Source: a virus (lineage: Duplodnaviria > Caudoviricetes). Taken from it: a stretch of 64,000 nucleotides of DNA. The stretch covers positions 32,001-96,000 of IMG/VR virus record IMGVR_UViG_3300037067_011302. The stretch is one strand, 5' to 3'. Shown one piece after another: positions 48,555-58,008 of the stretch. Numbering within the stretch: position 1 is the first letter of the stretch; each line of letters opens with the position of its first letter. The notes beneath the pieces are model-generated. The model was not told where the DNA came from, made no database searches, and saw only the letters and a list, made by a program, of their open reading frames with translations. The translations under genes and the position numbers were made by a program.

Positions 48555-49416
48555 TTTTGTCTCCGTCCGGCGTCGTGATTTCAGACGCGAGCTTCATGTA
48601 CATGAGGAACCTCGACACTCGATCGTCGTCCACGGACCCGACGTCCTCCTTGAGGATTTCCGCCTTGACGCTCTCCGCCTTCTCTCGCACCGCGTCAGGA
48701 GTTCCATCCTCGGACGCGTACGAGTCGAGCTGCCTCACGACGCGTTCCTTCGTCTCGACCAAGAATTGGGACAACGACGAACCATCGTCGGACGCCGTCG
48801 AGAATGCGTACGCCCTAACGAGCGCGCGCTGGTCGTCGGTCAATTCACGACTGTACTTTTCGTTCAATTTCTGCATCATCACTCTGACGAGCGCCTTCGC
48901 CGTCCCAGGAGATTCCTCAACGACAGCTCCGGTGGGTGCTGAAGGCTTCTCAGAGACCAACCACGAGTGCACTCGCTCCTCGTACATCGCCATCCTGGAG
49001 AGGTCGGGCTCCGCGGCGCGCCAATCGTTGAGCAGCGTCTGGATGGTGGCGATCGTCCTGTACTCAGACACGTGTTGGTCATAGAACGCCGGGTCGTTGA
49101 TCACGTGGTTGATGTCACGGATCAACAGCGACTTCTGCCTGTCGAGCTGTGCCGGATCGTGTGCCTTCGCGGCGCGCTTTGCCTCGTTCATGATCGACGC
49201 TGCCACGGCGGGCGTGGACACGGTGGTCTTCACGAGCGAATTGATCAGTCGAAACTCTCGGTACAACTCCGTGCCTGGCTTGAAGTGTCGCCTGATGATC
49301 TTGAGCGCGGCGTTTGCCGTCCTCTTGTCGCCTGAGACCAGCGACGACGTCACCTTCCTGATCAGGAACTCCCACAAAAGCTGTGCGTTTCTCTTCTTTG
49401 AATGTTGCTTCGGCAT
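48547..49416 (-). CDS. Conserved-position head protein between portal and protease
   Basis: Starts MPKQHSKKRNAQLLWEFL; helical. Confidence 0.7.
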   Translation of the reverse strand: MPKQHSKKRNAQLLWEFLIRKVTSSLVSGDKRTANAALKIIRRHFKPGTELYREFRLINSLVKTTVSTPAVAASIMNEAKRAAKAHDPAQLDRQKSLLIRDINHVINDPAFYDQHVSEYRTIATIQTLLNDWRAAEPDLSRMAMYEERVHSWLVSEKPSAPTGAVVEESPGTAKALVRVMMQKLNEKYSRELTDDQRALVRAYAFSTASDDGSSLSQFLVETKERVVRQLDSYASEDGTPDAVREKAESVKAEILKEDVGSVDDDRVSRFLMYMKLASEITTPDGDKNV

Positions 49417-49438
49417 TGTCAACCATCGCTCTTCTACG

Positions 49439-52400
49439 TTAACTATCATCGCGATCCGTGAAATCATCGTCGTCGTCATCAAGCTCGACGATGCCGTCGA
49501 CCTCGTCCTGCACGTCGCGCTGCTCCGACAACACTCGCTCGCGTGGAGCGGAGATTGCGCCGGCGGACTGCGCGTTCCTCAACATCGACAGCACGTCTGG
49601 GCCCAATCCGATCCTAGGACGAGCAGGAACTGACTCCTTGAACGGATCCTTCAACCACGAAGTGTCGTTCGGGTCGCTCAGCGACGAAGCACTGGGACCG
49701 GTCATCTTGACAAAGTCAGGACGGTTCGTCTTCATGCGACGACGGGAGCGATTGTAGAGGTACTTGTGAAGCGTTGGGTTCGGCTTCACCGGAGTGCGAT
49801 CGTTGTCCTGGACGATCTCGAGGTCATCCTGAGCGTTGTCAGAAGACGTCAAGAGCTCAAGCTCAGGAGAACCCTCTTCTTCAGGCTCCTCACTCGCGTT
49901 CTCAGGGGCAGGCTCCGTGGGCTCCTCAGCGGGGGCCTCAGTACCACCCTCTTCACCGCCTCCGGCGGCACCGAATAGGCCCTCAGTGGTCGTGTCATCA
50001 CCCTCGCCTCCTCCGCCACCGCCGGCCGCGACCGCCGCCTCGAGCTGAGCGTCGAACAGTTTGTCCTCGGTGCGCTGGCGCTTGATCGCCTTGATCTGCG
50101 CGGCGTTGAGCCCCCAGACCTCGCTCATGACAAACTCCGTCGAACCCATCGTCTCGGGCAGAGAGGCGGCGATCTCAAACTTTTGACGCCACAGCTCAAG
50201 CTTCTGTTGCTGAGCGACCGTGGACGGGTTGGACAGGCGGAGCGTGAAGTTTTGGAGGTCGTCTCCGTCGAACCCATTCGCGTACAGGTGGATGACGGCG
50301 AGCTTGTTGAGCTCGGCTAGGATTGTCTTTTGGATGGAGGTGATTGTACGGGAAAAACGTATATCCTCCTGGGCGAGTGTAGAACGACTACTATTATGAA
50401 CGAACACTGCACTTAGTACACTCGTAGATGCACAATCATTGGTATTCAAAGGAGATTGTGAACGACAAATGATCGGGAAGTTATGCGTTCCTTCAATTTC
50501 GAGATCATAAACAGGGACAGAGGAGTTAACTCTTGAGTCTGAGGAATTAACTCTTATGAGTTCAATGTTAACAATTTTATGATTGCGACCGACGGACGTG
50601 AAGAATTCAAAAGCAGTCATTCCGTGATCACTCAACATACCTTTCAAGGCAGCACAACCAAAGTTGATCAATCCAGATCTACTCGCTGCAACAACATCAT
50701 CTGACGAACGCAATCCATGCTTCAAACACGCTTCACGTGCCGTCTCAGGTGTCAAGTTCAATTCTGCATTTCGTCTTGCACGTTTAACACCCCAGAGAAT
50801 GTGTTTTTTAGGAACATAGTTCAATGCCTTGACGGCAAAATCATACCAGTCCTCAAATCCTGACCTCATGATCAGAGAACGCACGTATGAAAATCCAATA
50901 GGTAACGAAGCGATTGCAGGAATCGTCTTTCTGCTCCAACACGACCACTCGTACGCTTCGTTCTCCTTGCAGAACTTGATCAGCCAATCGATCGTGTACT
51001 CAGCCTTCTTGCGACGAGACCAGTGACCATCGCCGACGTACTTCGAACGGTACTTTGGATCGTTCCACAGGTCCCTGTTCTGTTGTGACTTGACAGCGCG
51101 GTACTCGGGATCGTTCCAGTTGTCACGCATGACGCTCGACATCTTTTCGTGGATCTCATCACCGTGCACCCATGCACTCAGTGCAGAGTTCTCATCAGCG
51201 TGCTGTGCCTTCATCTGCACCGACTTGAGCTGCCTATGATGAGGAGACTTCAGTGCTGCAATCTTGTTTATCTCTCTGCGCTCAATGACGTCAGGTCGAA
51301 ACCACGTTGTCTCGAGGTTGTCAGAATGGAACTTCCTGTGTTCTGCCCACGTCATCTCAACGAGGTTCTCTGGTTGGTTGTTCTTCTTATTGAAGTCAGC
51401 ATGGTGAATGACTCGACACTTGTTGACCTTGTGATTTCCACCGGTGACATGTTCGTTCACCAACTTATGCGTGTATGACCATTCGCCGTCATTGTTCTGC
51501 AGGACCATCTCATACCCATCGATCAGGTCAAGTCCACCACGCTTCTTGTTGACGGACAATCTCCTGTACAACGGCATCAGGCTGGTCTCTGGAGTGAGCT
51601 CGTCGGCCCTGCGGTACGATCCGTCCCTGAGCATGAACGGATGATTTCCGGTGCATTCTAGAACAGACCCGTCATCCAACGTCACTCTGTAGAGCTCGTC
51701 CACCGTCTTCGTTTGCCACGCATTCAGGATCCTCGACGGAACGATTGTTCCATCTTCCAGAGATGAATACGTCCACAGAATTGGTTTTTCTGCACCCTCA
51801 AAGAGACGCGCGAGTTCGTCGATCCTCTTTGAAGTACCGTCCAACAGAGGAATCTCTGTGTCAGGTGCCAAGCACAGCATGTCGTCGTAGCCGAGATATG
51901 CCCTTGGTATCTTTAAGGCTGCAAATAATTTCTTCTGTATGTACGAAACATCTTCTACGGCCGCTGTATTTTGTCCACCCGGCAGAGTGTCGATCTTCGT
52001 TCCTGTCTCGGCGCCTCGCACCGGGACCAGAATGTCCTCATCGACCGACAAAGCATTGTACCTCAGGTCGACCCGTCCCTGCGTTTGGTCGATCACCTGC
52101 GAGGTCCTGAGCTGCTTCCTCTGCTCTTCAATGTAGTTCTGCACGTGCTCGGGTGGAACGTTGCCCACGTCGATGTAGAAGACCCTTCGCTCCGGCGCTC
52201 GGATCACGCGGTACACGAGCATTGCGTCCTCGATCAGGATCAGCTGTCGCCAAATCCTCCTAGCCGGATCCAAGATTGATGACCCGTAGGGCAGGAATTG
52301 GTCGTTGCCGAGGATCCTAAAGTGCAGCACCTCCCAATTCTCGAGCGTCCTGTTGCCAAGAGTGACCCACCTGAAGCGTACGGCGAATGGGTCGTTCCTG

Positions 52401-54055
52401 TCGTAGTTTTCCTCACGTTCAATCTCGTTGACGGGAATCGGGAATGCATTCACCACGCCGTGCTCCTGAGAGACGTTGACGTACAGGAACGCATCGCCAA
52501 ACTTCACGACGTTTCTGACCCACGGGCGCAGGTTGAACTCAACGTTCAGGACGTTGTAGTAGAGCTCCTCGAGCGTCTCCCTGATCTTAGGATTGTCACT
52601 GTGTATGTGGAGGATGCGGCCCTTATCATCCTGGGCAACTGTTTCGTCGGAATAAATATCTAATGCCGCGCTTATCTCCGGAGTCAGCTCCATCTCGCAA
52701 TTGTGAACAATTACAGTACCTTGCGTAATAAGTCTATACTTTTGTGCTGATTCAACACTGCAAGATTTAATTCCAACGTCACAAGATTTAACTCCTTGAT
52801 GATCGCAAGACTTAATTCCTTCTTTTGCGTACTTCGCCAAAGCAAAATTGTGATGTCCGGCAACTTCGAGGTCATAGACGAACATTGTTTCGCCGTGATC
52901 GATGACAGAGACAACCTTATGATTCTGATATCTCTCGACGAAATCGACAAAATTTTCATAACCCTGCCATTTGATTCGATTTATGACCTTGCACCACGTA
53001 GAATTTACTTTTCTCGCCAATCCCTTCAACGTATCTCCGGGTTGATATGCGTCACAAATCATCTGAAATGTCAACGACTTGTCAGCATTTGCATTTTGCG
53101 AGTGTTTTTGATCAGTCCTACCAGCATTAAACCGACCAGGCTTTTCAGTCTTGTTGTACTCGATCCGCCGTTGACGACGACTGTCGCTTAACATTTGAGA
53201 AGTTCTATCGAGATTGATCCTCAAATCGCCATCATTCTGCCAACGCTTCTTCATCACCGTTGACATGTGTTGTCTTGCGGCAGGATCATCAAATCGTTGA
53301 TTGTTGATCTTAGCGTGCAACGACATGTGATCGTGTACCGACAAAACTTCCAAATTTTCTATTCTATTGTCGCGATGTTTGAAATTTTTATGATGTACGT
53401 GCTCTCCGACGATGAGTTGACGATCCAAGATTGATTCAACGACCATGACGTGCTCAGAACGCCAACGTTTCCCATCATGAATGTATCTGTATGGCGAATC
53501 ATATGTTCGTTGATTCAACGGCATCAATGCAGTGTCAGTCGTCAATTCACATGCCTGCAGGTATGAACCATCTCGAAGCATGAACCTGTGATCTGGCGTG
53601 CACTTTATCTCTGACCCGTCGTCCAACGTGACGGTGACGACCTGTCTGACGCCGTTGCACCTCGCGCCGGTGACCTTCGCAGGAACTATTCTGCGCTTCT
53701 CAGTGTCGTAAGAAAACACCCACTGGTTGACGTCACCCGCCTCCCATGCATCAACGATCTCCTTGATCGATAGTGCACCGACCTCAGACGGCATTGCGAC
53801 CAACGTGTCTCCTGCGAGGCAGAAGTCTTGGTACCGCATCAACCGCTCTGAAAGGTTGTACGCGTTCGACGTTATCGTTGCATACGTCGGCGACAGCGAC
53901 TTCTGGAACAATAGCGCACCGGACGTCTTCGACTTGTCCGGCACCGCCAGCACGGTGTCTCTACCTCTGACCTTCCTCCTGACGATCGGGCCAGCCTTGA
54001 AGATCCGCGTCAACCTCTTAAAGAGACTTCTCTGTTCTCGTTCGCTCTTTGCCAC
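49439..54055 (-). CDS. Portal protein (T4 gp20-like) with two inteins; ~670 aa after splicing
   Basis: PEISAALDIYSDE, EDAMLVYRVIRAPERRVFYIDVGN, TKIDTLPGG, QKKLFAALKIP, QEDIRFSRTI. Confidence 0.95.
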   Translation of the reverse strand: MAKSEREQRSLFKRLTRIFKAGPIVRRKVRGRDTVLAVPDKSKTSGALLFQKSLSPTYATITSNAYNLSERLMRYQDFCLAGDTLVAMPSEVGALSIKEIVDAWEAGDVNQWVFSYDTEKRRIVPAKVTGARCNGVRQVVTVTLDDGSEIKCTPDHRFMLRDGSYLQACELTTDTALMPLNQRTYDSPYRYIHDGKRWRSEHVMVVESILDRQLIVGEHVHHKNFKHRDNRIENLEVLSVHDHMSLHAKINNQRFDDPAARQHMSTVMKKRWQNDGDLRINLDRTSQMLSDSRRQRRIEYNKTEKPGRFNAGRTDQKHSQNANADKSLTFQMICDAYQPGDTLKGLARKVNSTWCKVINRIKWQGYENFVDFVERYQNHKVVSVIDHGETMFVYDLEVAGHHNFALAKYAKEGIKSCDHQGVKSCDVGIKSCSVESAQKYRLITQGTVIVHNCEMELTPEISAALDIYSDETVAQDDKGRILHIHSDNPKIRETLEELYYNVLNVEFNLRPWVRNVVKFGDAFLYVNVSQEHGVVNAFPIPVNEIEREENYDRNDPFAVRFRWVTLGNRTLENWEVLHFRILGNDQFLPYGSSILDPARRIWRQLILIEDAMLVYRVIRAPERRVFYIDVGNVPPEHVQNYIEEQRKQLRTSQVIDQTQGRVDLRYNALSVDEDILVPVRGAETGTKIDTLPGGQNTAAVEDVSYIQKKLFAALKIPRAYLGYDDMLCLAPDTEIPLLDGTSKRIDELARLFEGAEKPILWTYSSLEDGTIVPSRILNAWQTKTVDELYRVTLDDGSVLECTGNHPFMLRDGSYRRADELTPETSLMPLYRRLSVNKKRGGLDLIDGYEMVLQNNDGEWSYTHKLVNEHVTGGNHKVNKCRVIHHADFNKKNNQPENLVEMTWAEHRKFHSDNLETTWFRPDVIERREINKIAALKSPHHRQLKSVQMKAQHADENSALSAWVHGDEIHEKMSSVMRDNWNDPEYRAVKSQQNRDLWNDPKYRSKYVGDGHWSRRKKAEYTIDWLIKFCKENEAYEWSCWSRKTIPAIASLPIGFSYVRSLIMRSGFEDWYDFAVKALNYVPKKHILWGVKRARRNAELNLTPETAREACLKHGLRSSDDVVAASRSGLINFGCAALKGMLSDHGMTAFEFFTSVGRNHKIVNIELIRVNSSDSRVNSSVPVYDLEIEGTHNFPIICRSQSPLNTNDCASTSVLSAVFVHNSSRSTLAQEDIRFSRTITSIQKTILAELNKLAVIHLYANGFDGDDLQNFTLRLSNPSTVAQQQKLELWRQKFEIAASLPETMGSTEFVMSEVWGLNAAQIKAIKRQRTEDKLFDAQLEAAVAAGGGGGGEGDDTTTEGLFGAAGGGEEGGTEAPAEEPTEPAPENASEEPEEEGSPELELLTSSDNAQDDLEIVQDNDRTPVKPNPTLHKYLYNRSRRRMKTNRPDFVKMTGPSASSLSDPNDTSWLKDPFKESVPARPRIGLGPDVLSMLRNAQSAGAISAPRERVLSEQRDVQDEVDGIVELDDDDDDFTDRDDS
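50393..51874 (-). mobile_element. Portal intein 2 (494 aa) with HNH endonuclease
   Basis: L|CLAPDTEI...CTGNHPF...IHHADFNKKNNQPENL...VYDLEIEGTHNF...VHN|S. Confidence 0.92.
52700..53821 (-). mobile_element. Portal intein 1 (374 aa) with HNH endonuclease
   Basis: F|CLAGDTLV...CTPDHRF...VHHKNFKHRDNRIENL...VYDLEVAGHHNF...VHN|C. Confidence 0.92.
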
Positions 54056-54104
54056 TCGCGTGCCTCACTATTTCCAGTTGGGCTCTATCCTACAACAATT
54101 CTAA

Positions 54105-54413
54105 TCACTTCAGGACGTCTTTGCCCTGTTGGACCAACTTTCGCACGACCTTCTGCCTGAGCACTGGAGACACAACGTACGACGAGGGTTCCGTCATCAT
54201 CTTGTCGAGCTTCGTGCAGAGGTTGTCAACGTCGTCCAACAGTGCGTCCTTGACGGGCTTTGGCGCTGAGTCCTGATATTCCTTGAACTGCTTCAGCGCC
54301 TTCATCAGCTTCTCTGCCGACGTCACGAGGTCCTTGATTCCGCCGTGGTCAACGTTCGACAATTCTTCATTGATGATCTTGCACAGCTTATCGTAGGAAA
54401 TTTCGCGCTTCAT
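54105..54413 (-). CDS. Small protein with capsid-targeting-like leader
   Basis: MKREISYDKLCKIINEEL; TATTTA and GAGG upstream. Confidence 0.65.
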   Translation of the reverse strand: MKREISYDKLCKIINEELSNVDHGGIKDLVTSAEKLMKALKQFKEYQDSAPKPVKDALLDDVDNLCTKLDKMMTEPSSYVVSPVLRQKVVRKLVQQGKDVLK

Positions 54414-54480
54414 GTTTAATCCTCGCACACTTCTAAATATGAACGTCAAAGAATCAGCGCATCATAATGTATTTAGCAGC

Positions 54481-55986
54481 ATGAAGATCGTCCTCGGAAC
54501 ACTACGCCGCCTGATCAACGAGGTCCTGCTCCTCGAGGACCGCGTTTCTGACGCGAAGAAAAAGTACCCTGAACTCGAGGCAGAGATCGACGAACTCGCG
54601 TCCTCAGATCCCTCGGGTTCACAAAAGTACTTGATGTGGAGTGCAAAGCAGCTGTCAGCAGGTGCCGATGTCAATGAACTGATTTCAACGATCGAGTCAT
54701 TCCACCAGAATGCGTCGCAATTCAAAAACAGGGACATCAACGCATATAAGACTCTTGGTGATCTTAAGGACGAACTGAATTCAATCACGCCTTCGAAGAC
54801 TCATGAGCGAAAGGAAGCAAAGGAGTCAGGTGCTAAGAAGATGGGTGAGGACAACGGCTACGAACTCGTCCACATAAAGAGCAAAGCCGCAGCACAGTTG
54901 TACGGTGCAAACACTCAATGGTGCATCACGATGAACGGTATGCCGCACTTCGAACAGTACACTGGTGCGAACATTGTGTTCTACTTTGCACTATCGAAGA
55001 CGCTGCCCGACACGGATCCGTTGTACAAGGTTGCGTTCGCAGTGCACCGTGACGAGAACAACAAGATCATAAAGGTCGAAGGCTGGGACGCGGAGGATGA
55101 AAAATTCGACGAAATTCCCAGTGAATTTAACGGTCTCTTGAGGATCGTTGAACAGGACGCTCCAAAGCAGGAGACGAGCCTGTTGGCGAAGATCAAACTA
55201 GGAAAGGCGACTGAGGAAGAGATAGAACAGGCACTTGAACTGTACGATGACGAAGAAGACATTCTGATCATGATCCTCAATTCACCGCGAACTCCATCAT
55301 CGGTGCTTGCGAGGTACATTAATTTTGATTCTCGCTCAAAGTTACGCGTAAGTTCGAGCCGCATTCGTGAAATTGTTGCAGCAAGAATCGACCCGTCGTA
55401 CCTTCCCAAGATGATGAAGGATCGTGACAATGATGTACGACAGGAGGTCGCAAGGCGAATCGACCCGTCGCACCTTCCTCGAATGATGTACGACCCATCG
55501 TTGTCAGTTCAAGAGATCGTCGTTCGTCGAATCGATCCAGAATTTTTACCTAATCTTCTGCACATTCGTAATGTGCCGGTGCGTCTTGAAATTGCACACC
55601 GAATTGACGTCCTCGAGCTCCCCAAGATGATGGATGACATGTCAACAGGTGTGCGTGCTGAGGTCGCAAGGCGAATCGACCCCGAACGCCTACCTGAGAT
55701 GATCGACGATGAATCGGCGGAAGTTCGTAGGATTGTCGCTGAACGAATCGACGCCGAGCATCTCATTGACATGATCGAGGACGACGACTACTACGTCAGG
55801 AGCATCGTCGCCGGCAGGACGAACACGTTGGACCTTCCACACATGATGAAGGACGAGGACGCGCTGGTGCGAATGCAGGTTGCACTACGAATCGATCCAA
55901 AGTACCTTCCCATGATGAAGAACGACGCCAACGATAGGGTCAGGAACACCGTCAGAGATCGACTAGAACAAATCGTCAAGTCTTAG
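54481..55986 (+). CDS. Repeat-family paralogue 3 (~9 24-aa LRV/HEAT-like repeats)
   Basis: Start corrected to MKIVLGTLRRLINEVLLLE, 5 nt after TATTTA; antisense between terminase and portal. Confidence 0.85.
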   Translation: MKIVLGTLRRLINEVLLLEDRVSDAKKKYPELEAEIDELASSDPSGSQKYLMWSAKQLSAGADVNELISTIESFHQNASQFKNRDINAYKTLGDLKDELNSITPSKTHERKEAKESGAKKMGEDNGYELVHIKSKAAAQLYGANTQWCITMNGMPHFEQYTGANIVFYFALSKTLPDTDPLYKVAFAVHRDENNKIIKVEGWDAEDEKFDEIPSEFNGLLRIVEQDAPKQETSLLAKIKLGKATEEEIEQALELYDDEEDILIMILNSPRTPSSVLARYINFDSRSKLRVSSSRIREIVAARIDPSYLPKMMKDRDNDVRQEVARRIDPSHLPRMMYDPSLSVQEIVVRRIDPEFLPNLLHIRNVPVRLEIAHRIDVLELPKMMDDMSTGVRAEVARRIDPERLPEMIDDESAEVRRIVAERIDAEHLIDMIEDDDYYVRSIVAGRTNTLDLPHMMKDEDALVRMQVALRIDPKYLPMMKNDANDRVRNTVRDRLEQIVKS

Positions 55987-57617
55987 ATCAACCACGACGT
56001 ATCACGCACAAACTTTGCGTACTCCGCGGTCCCCGTCTGCGGCACCTTCTGCTCCTGAGGCTTGTACGGATTGCTCGTACCGGCGATCGAATACCTGGCA
56101 TCATTCACCCTTGGCATTGCCTCGTCGAACATCCTGCTCGTCCTCGTCGTTGACGCAAGTATTGCCATCGACATCTCAACGTCGTACGCACTCGAGGTAG
56201 TCGCGCCGTGAGAGATCCAACAGCCGATCGCAAGGCTCATCACGAGGTCATCGAATCCTCCGTGACCGGCGGCGGCGCGCCCGTTGATCCAGATGAACGT
56301 TTGTAACTGATCGCACAATCGTGCCGAGTAAACGCTCAGCTTCTTGAGCCTGATCACTTCCTCAAGCTTCGTCAGTATTTGCTCGCGCGTCTTCTGGTTC
56401 GTCGGAAATCCCGCAATCTCCGTCGGATCGTTCGGAGAATAGTTGAATGGATCGCCCCTGTGCTTGTGGTAGTAGAGCCGCCTGTATCCTGCGTCCCTGA
56501 TGCGTGTGCAGACGAAGTAACCGAACGTGTTATTCTCAGGGATCAACAACGCATTGTTGTATTTTTTCCCCCACTCGATGAGCAGATCTGCCAACTTCTC
56601 CGGAGGTAACTTGCCCATGTACTCAGCGGCAACCTCGTTGTCGACGGTGTCAATGACGTGAAATGCAGAAAAATCGTGTGCATCTCCTCGAGCAATGTCT
56701 GCAGATATCACGTATTGACGACCCGCGATCGGGTATGACCACAACCAAACGTTCCTATCACATCCCAACTTTTCAATCGGTGCCTTGATGCGTAGCCTCA
56801 AATCATAAAGGTCATCTGGATTGAGGAATGTGTCACCGGAAGACGTAAAGTTGCACTCGTACTCTTGACCAAGCTCACGCTTGGGCAAGCCCATCGTTTC
56901 CTTCTGAAACCACGCTATGTCGTGTTCAGGGTGCACGTGCCATGGAAGCTTGATGGGATTGAACCCATTCACGCCCGCCTCCGCACCGACCCACAGGCTG
57001 TGATATTGTCCTCCCACGCCGTTCGGCGTTGACAGCACGATCGCGCGACCTCCTGTTGAAATCGTCGGATAGATTCCTGTCCAGATTTCCTTGAAGTTCT
57101 TGATCCACGCCGCTTCGTCAACAATCAGAAGCGACAGACCTTCGGAACGGCCTGCATCCTCTGACGTCGGAATTGCGGTGATCGTCGAACCGTTGTTGAA
57201 CACGACGGCCTGCTTCGTGGGCTCGAACTTCGGAAGCAACAACCACGGAGGCAAGTTCTTCAAGATCACCTTCACCTTCTTGATGAAGTTGACGGCAACT
57301 GACAACTTCGTCGCAATGATGAGGATCGTCTTATCCTTATAGAATGACGCCAACCACGTTGCGTACGCCGCGCTGACGGTCGACAGACCGATCTGCCTCG
57401 ACTTCAGGATGATGTTGAAGCGATGTTCCTCGAATGCCCTGAGACAATCATCCTGAAATTCAAACGTCTCGAACGGAATCAAACCCCTGACTGGGTGTTG
57501 GATCTTTGCCCACCTGTTGATGAAATACGACGGATCCTTGCCACAGCGGATTATTTCATCAACGCGTTGTTTATTTGTCGTGAATGATTGTGGGTTAGCG
57601 GGACAATTACCCGACAT
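55983..57617 (-). CDS. terL: Terminase large subunit (T4 gp17-like)
   Basis: KSRQIGLST, LLIVDEAAWI, LSTPNG, QEYECNF, ISADIARG, DDLVMSLAI. Confidence 0.95.
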   Translation of the reverse strand: MSGNCPANPQSFTTNKQRVDEIIRCGKDPSYFINRWAKIQHPVRGLIPFETFEFQDDCLRAFEEHRFNIILKSRQIGLSTVSAAYATWLASFYKDKTILIIATKLSVAVNFIKKVKVILKNLPPWLLLPKFEPTKQAVVFNNGSTITAIPTSEDAGRSEGLSLLIVDEAAWIKNFKEIWTGIYPTISTGGRAIVLSTPNGVGGQYHSLWVGAEAGVNGFNPIKLPWHVHPEHDIAWFQKETMGLPKRELGQEYECNFTSSGDTFLNPDDLYDLRLRIKAPIEKLGCDRNVWLWSYPIAGRQYVISADIARGDAHDFSAFHVIDTVDNEVAAEYMGKLPPEKLADLLIEWGKKYNNALLIPENNTFGYFVCTRIRDAGYRRLYYHKHRGDPFNYSPNDPTEIAGFPTNQKTREQILTKLEEVIRLKKLSVYSARLCDQLQTFIWINGRAAAGHGGFDDLVMSLAIGCWISHGATTSSAYDVEMSMAILASTTRTSRMFDEAMPRVNDARYSIAGTSNPYKPQEQKVPQTGTAEYAKFVRDTSWLI

Positions 57618-57996
57618 CGAAGAACGCCTTTCGCCTGAAGTAAGCAGTGCGCTTCGCGTTGTGAACATTGAAGCTGATGATCTCAACGGAATCACTGATT
57701 GTTCGTTGGTCAATCTTCATGCTCAACGTGTTGCCTGTCAGGTCCTTGTACACGCTCTTGATTCGCTTGATTGCATCAGCGATCACGGCGCCGGCCTCAT
57801 CGGCATACGCTCGCTTCATCTCAATCATCTGACGTTCCGTGCCAAAATTGACGATCACAGCGTAGGACACCAATAGGCGATCCTCACCGGCGAACGTGAA
57901 CTTCACGGAATACGATGACGTCCTTGGCGTGGACGACCTTCCCCACGTTGTATCGATCGATTGATTCAGGGCAGCATAGTCAATGTCGGACATCAC
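57607..57996 (-). CDS. Hypothetical late protein upstream of terminase
   Basis: 129 aa; TACTTA and GAGG upstream. Confidence 0.65.
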   Translation of the reverse strand: MMSDIDYAALNQSIDTTWGRSSTPRTSSYSVKFTFAGEDRLLVSYAVIVNFGTERQMIEMKRAYADEAGAVIADAIKRIKSVYKDLTGNTLSMKIDQRTISDSVEIISFNVHNAKRTAYFRRKAFFDVG

Positions 57997-58008
57997 ACAT
58001 CCTCACAA

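Noticed and set aside
14499-55986. Diversity-generating retroelement acting on the repeat paralogues
   Set aside because: No reverse transcriptase and no TR/VR pair with adenine-restricted differences seen.
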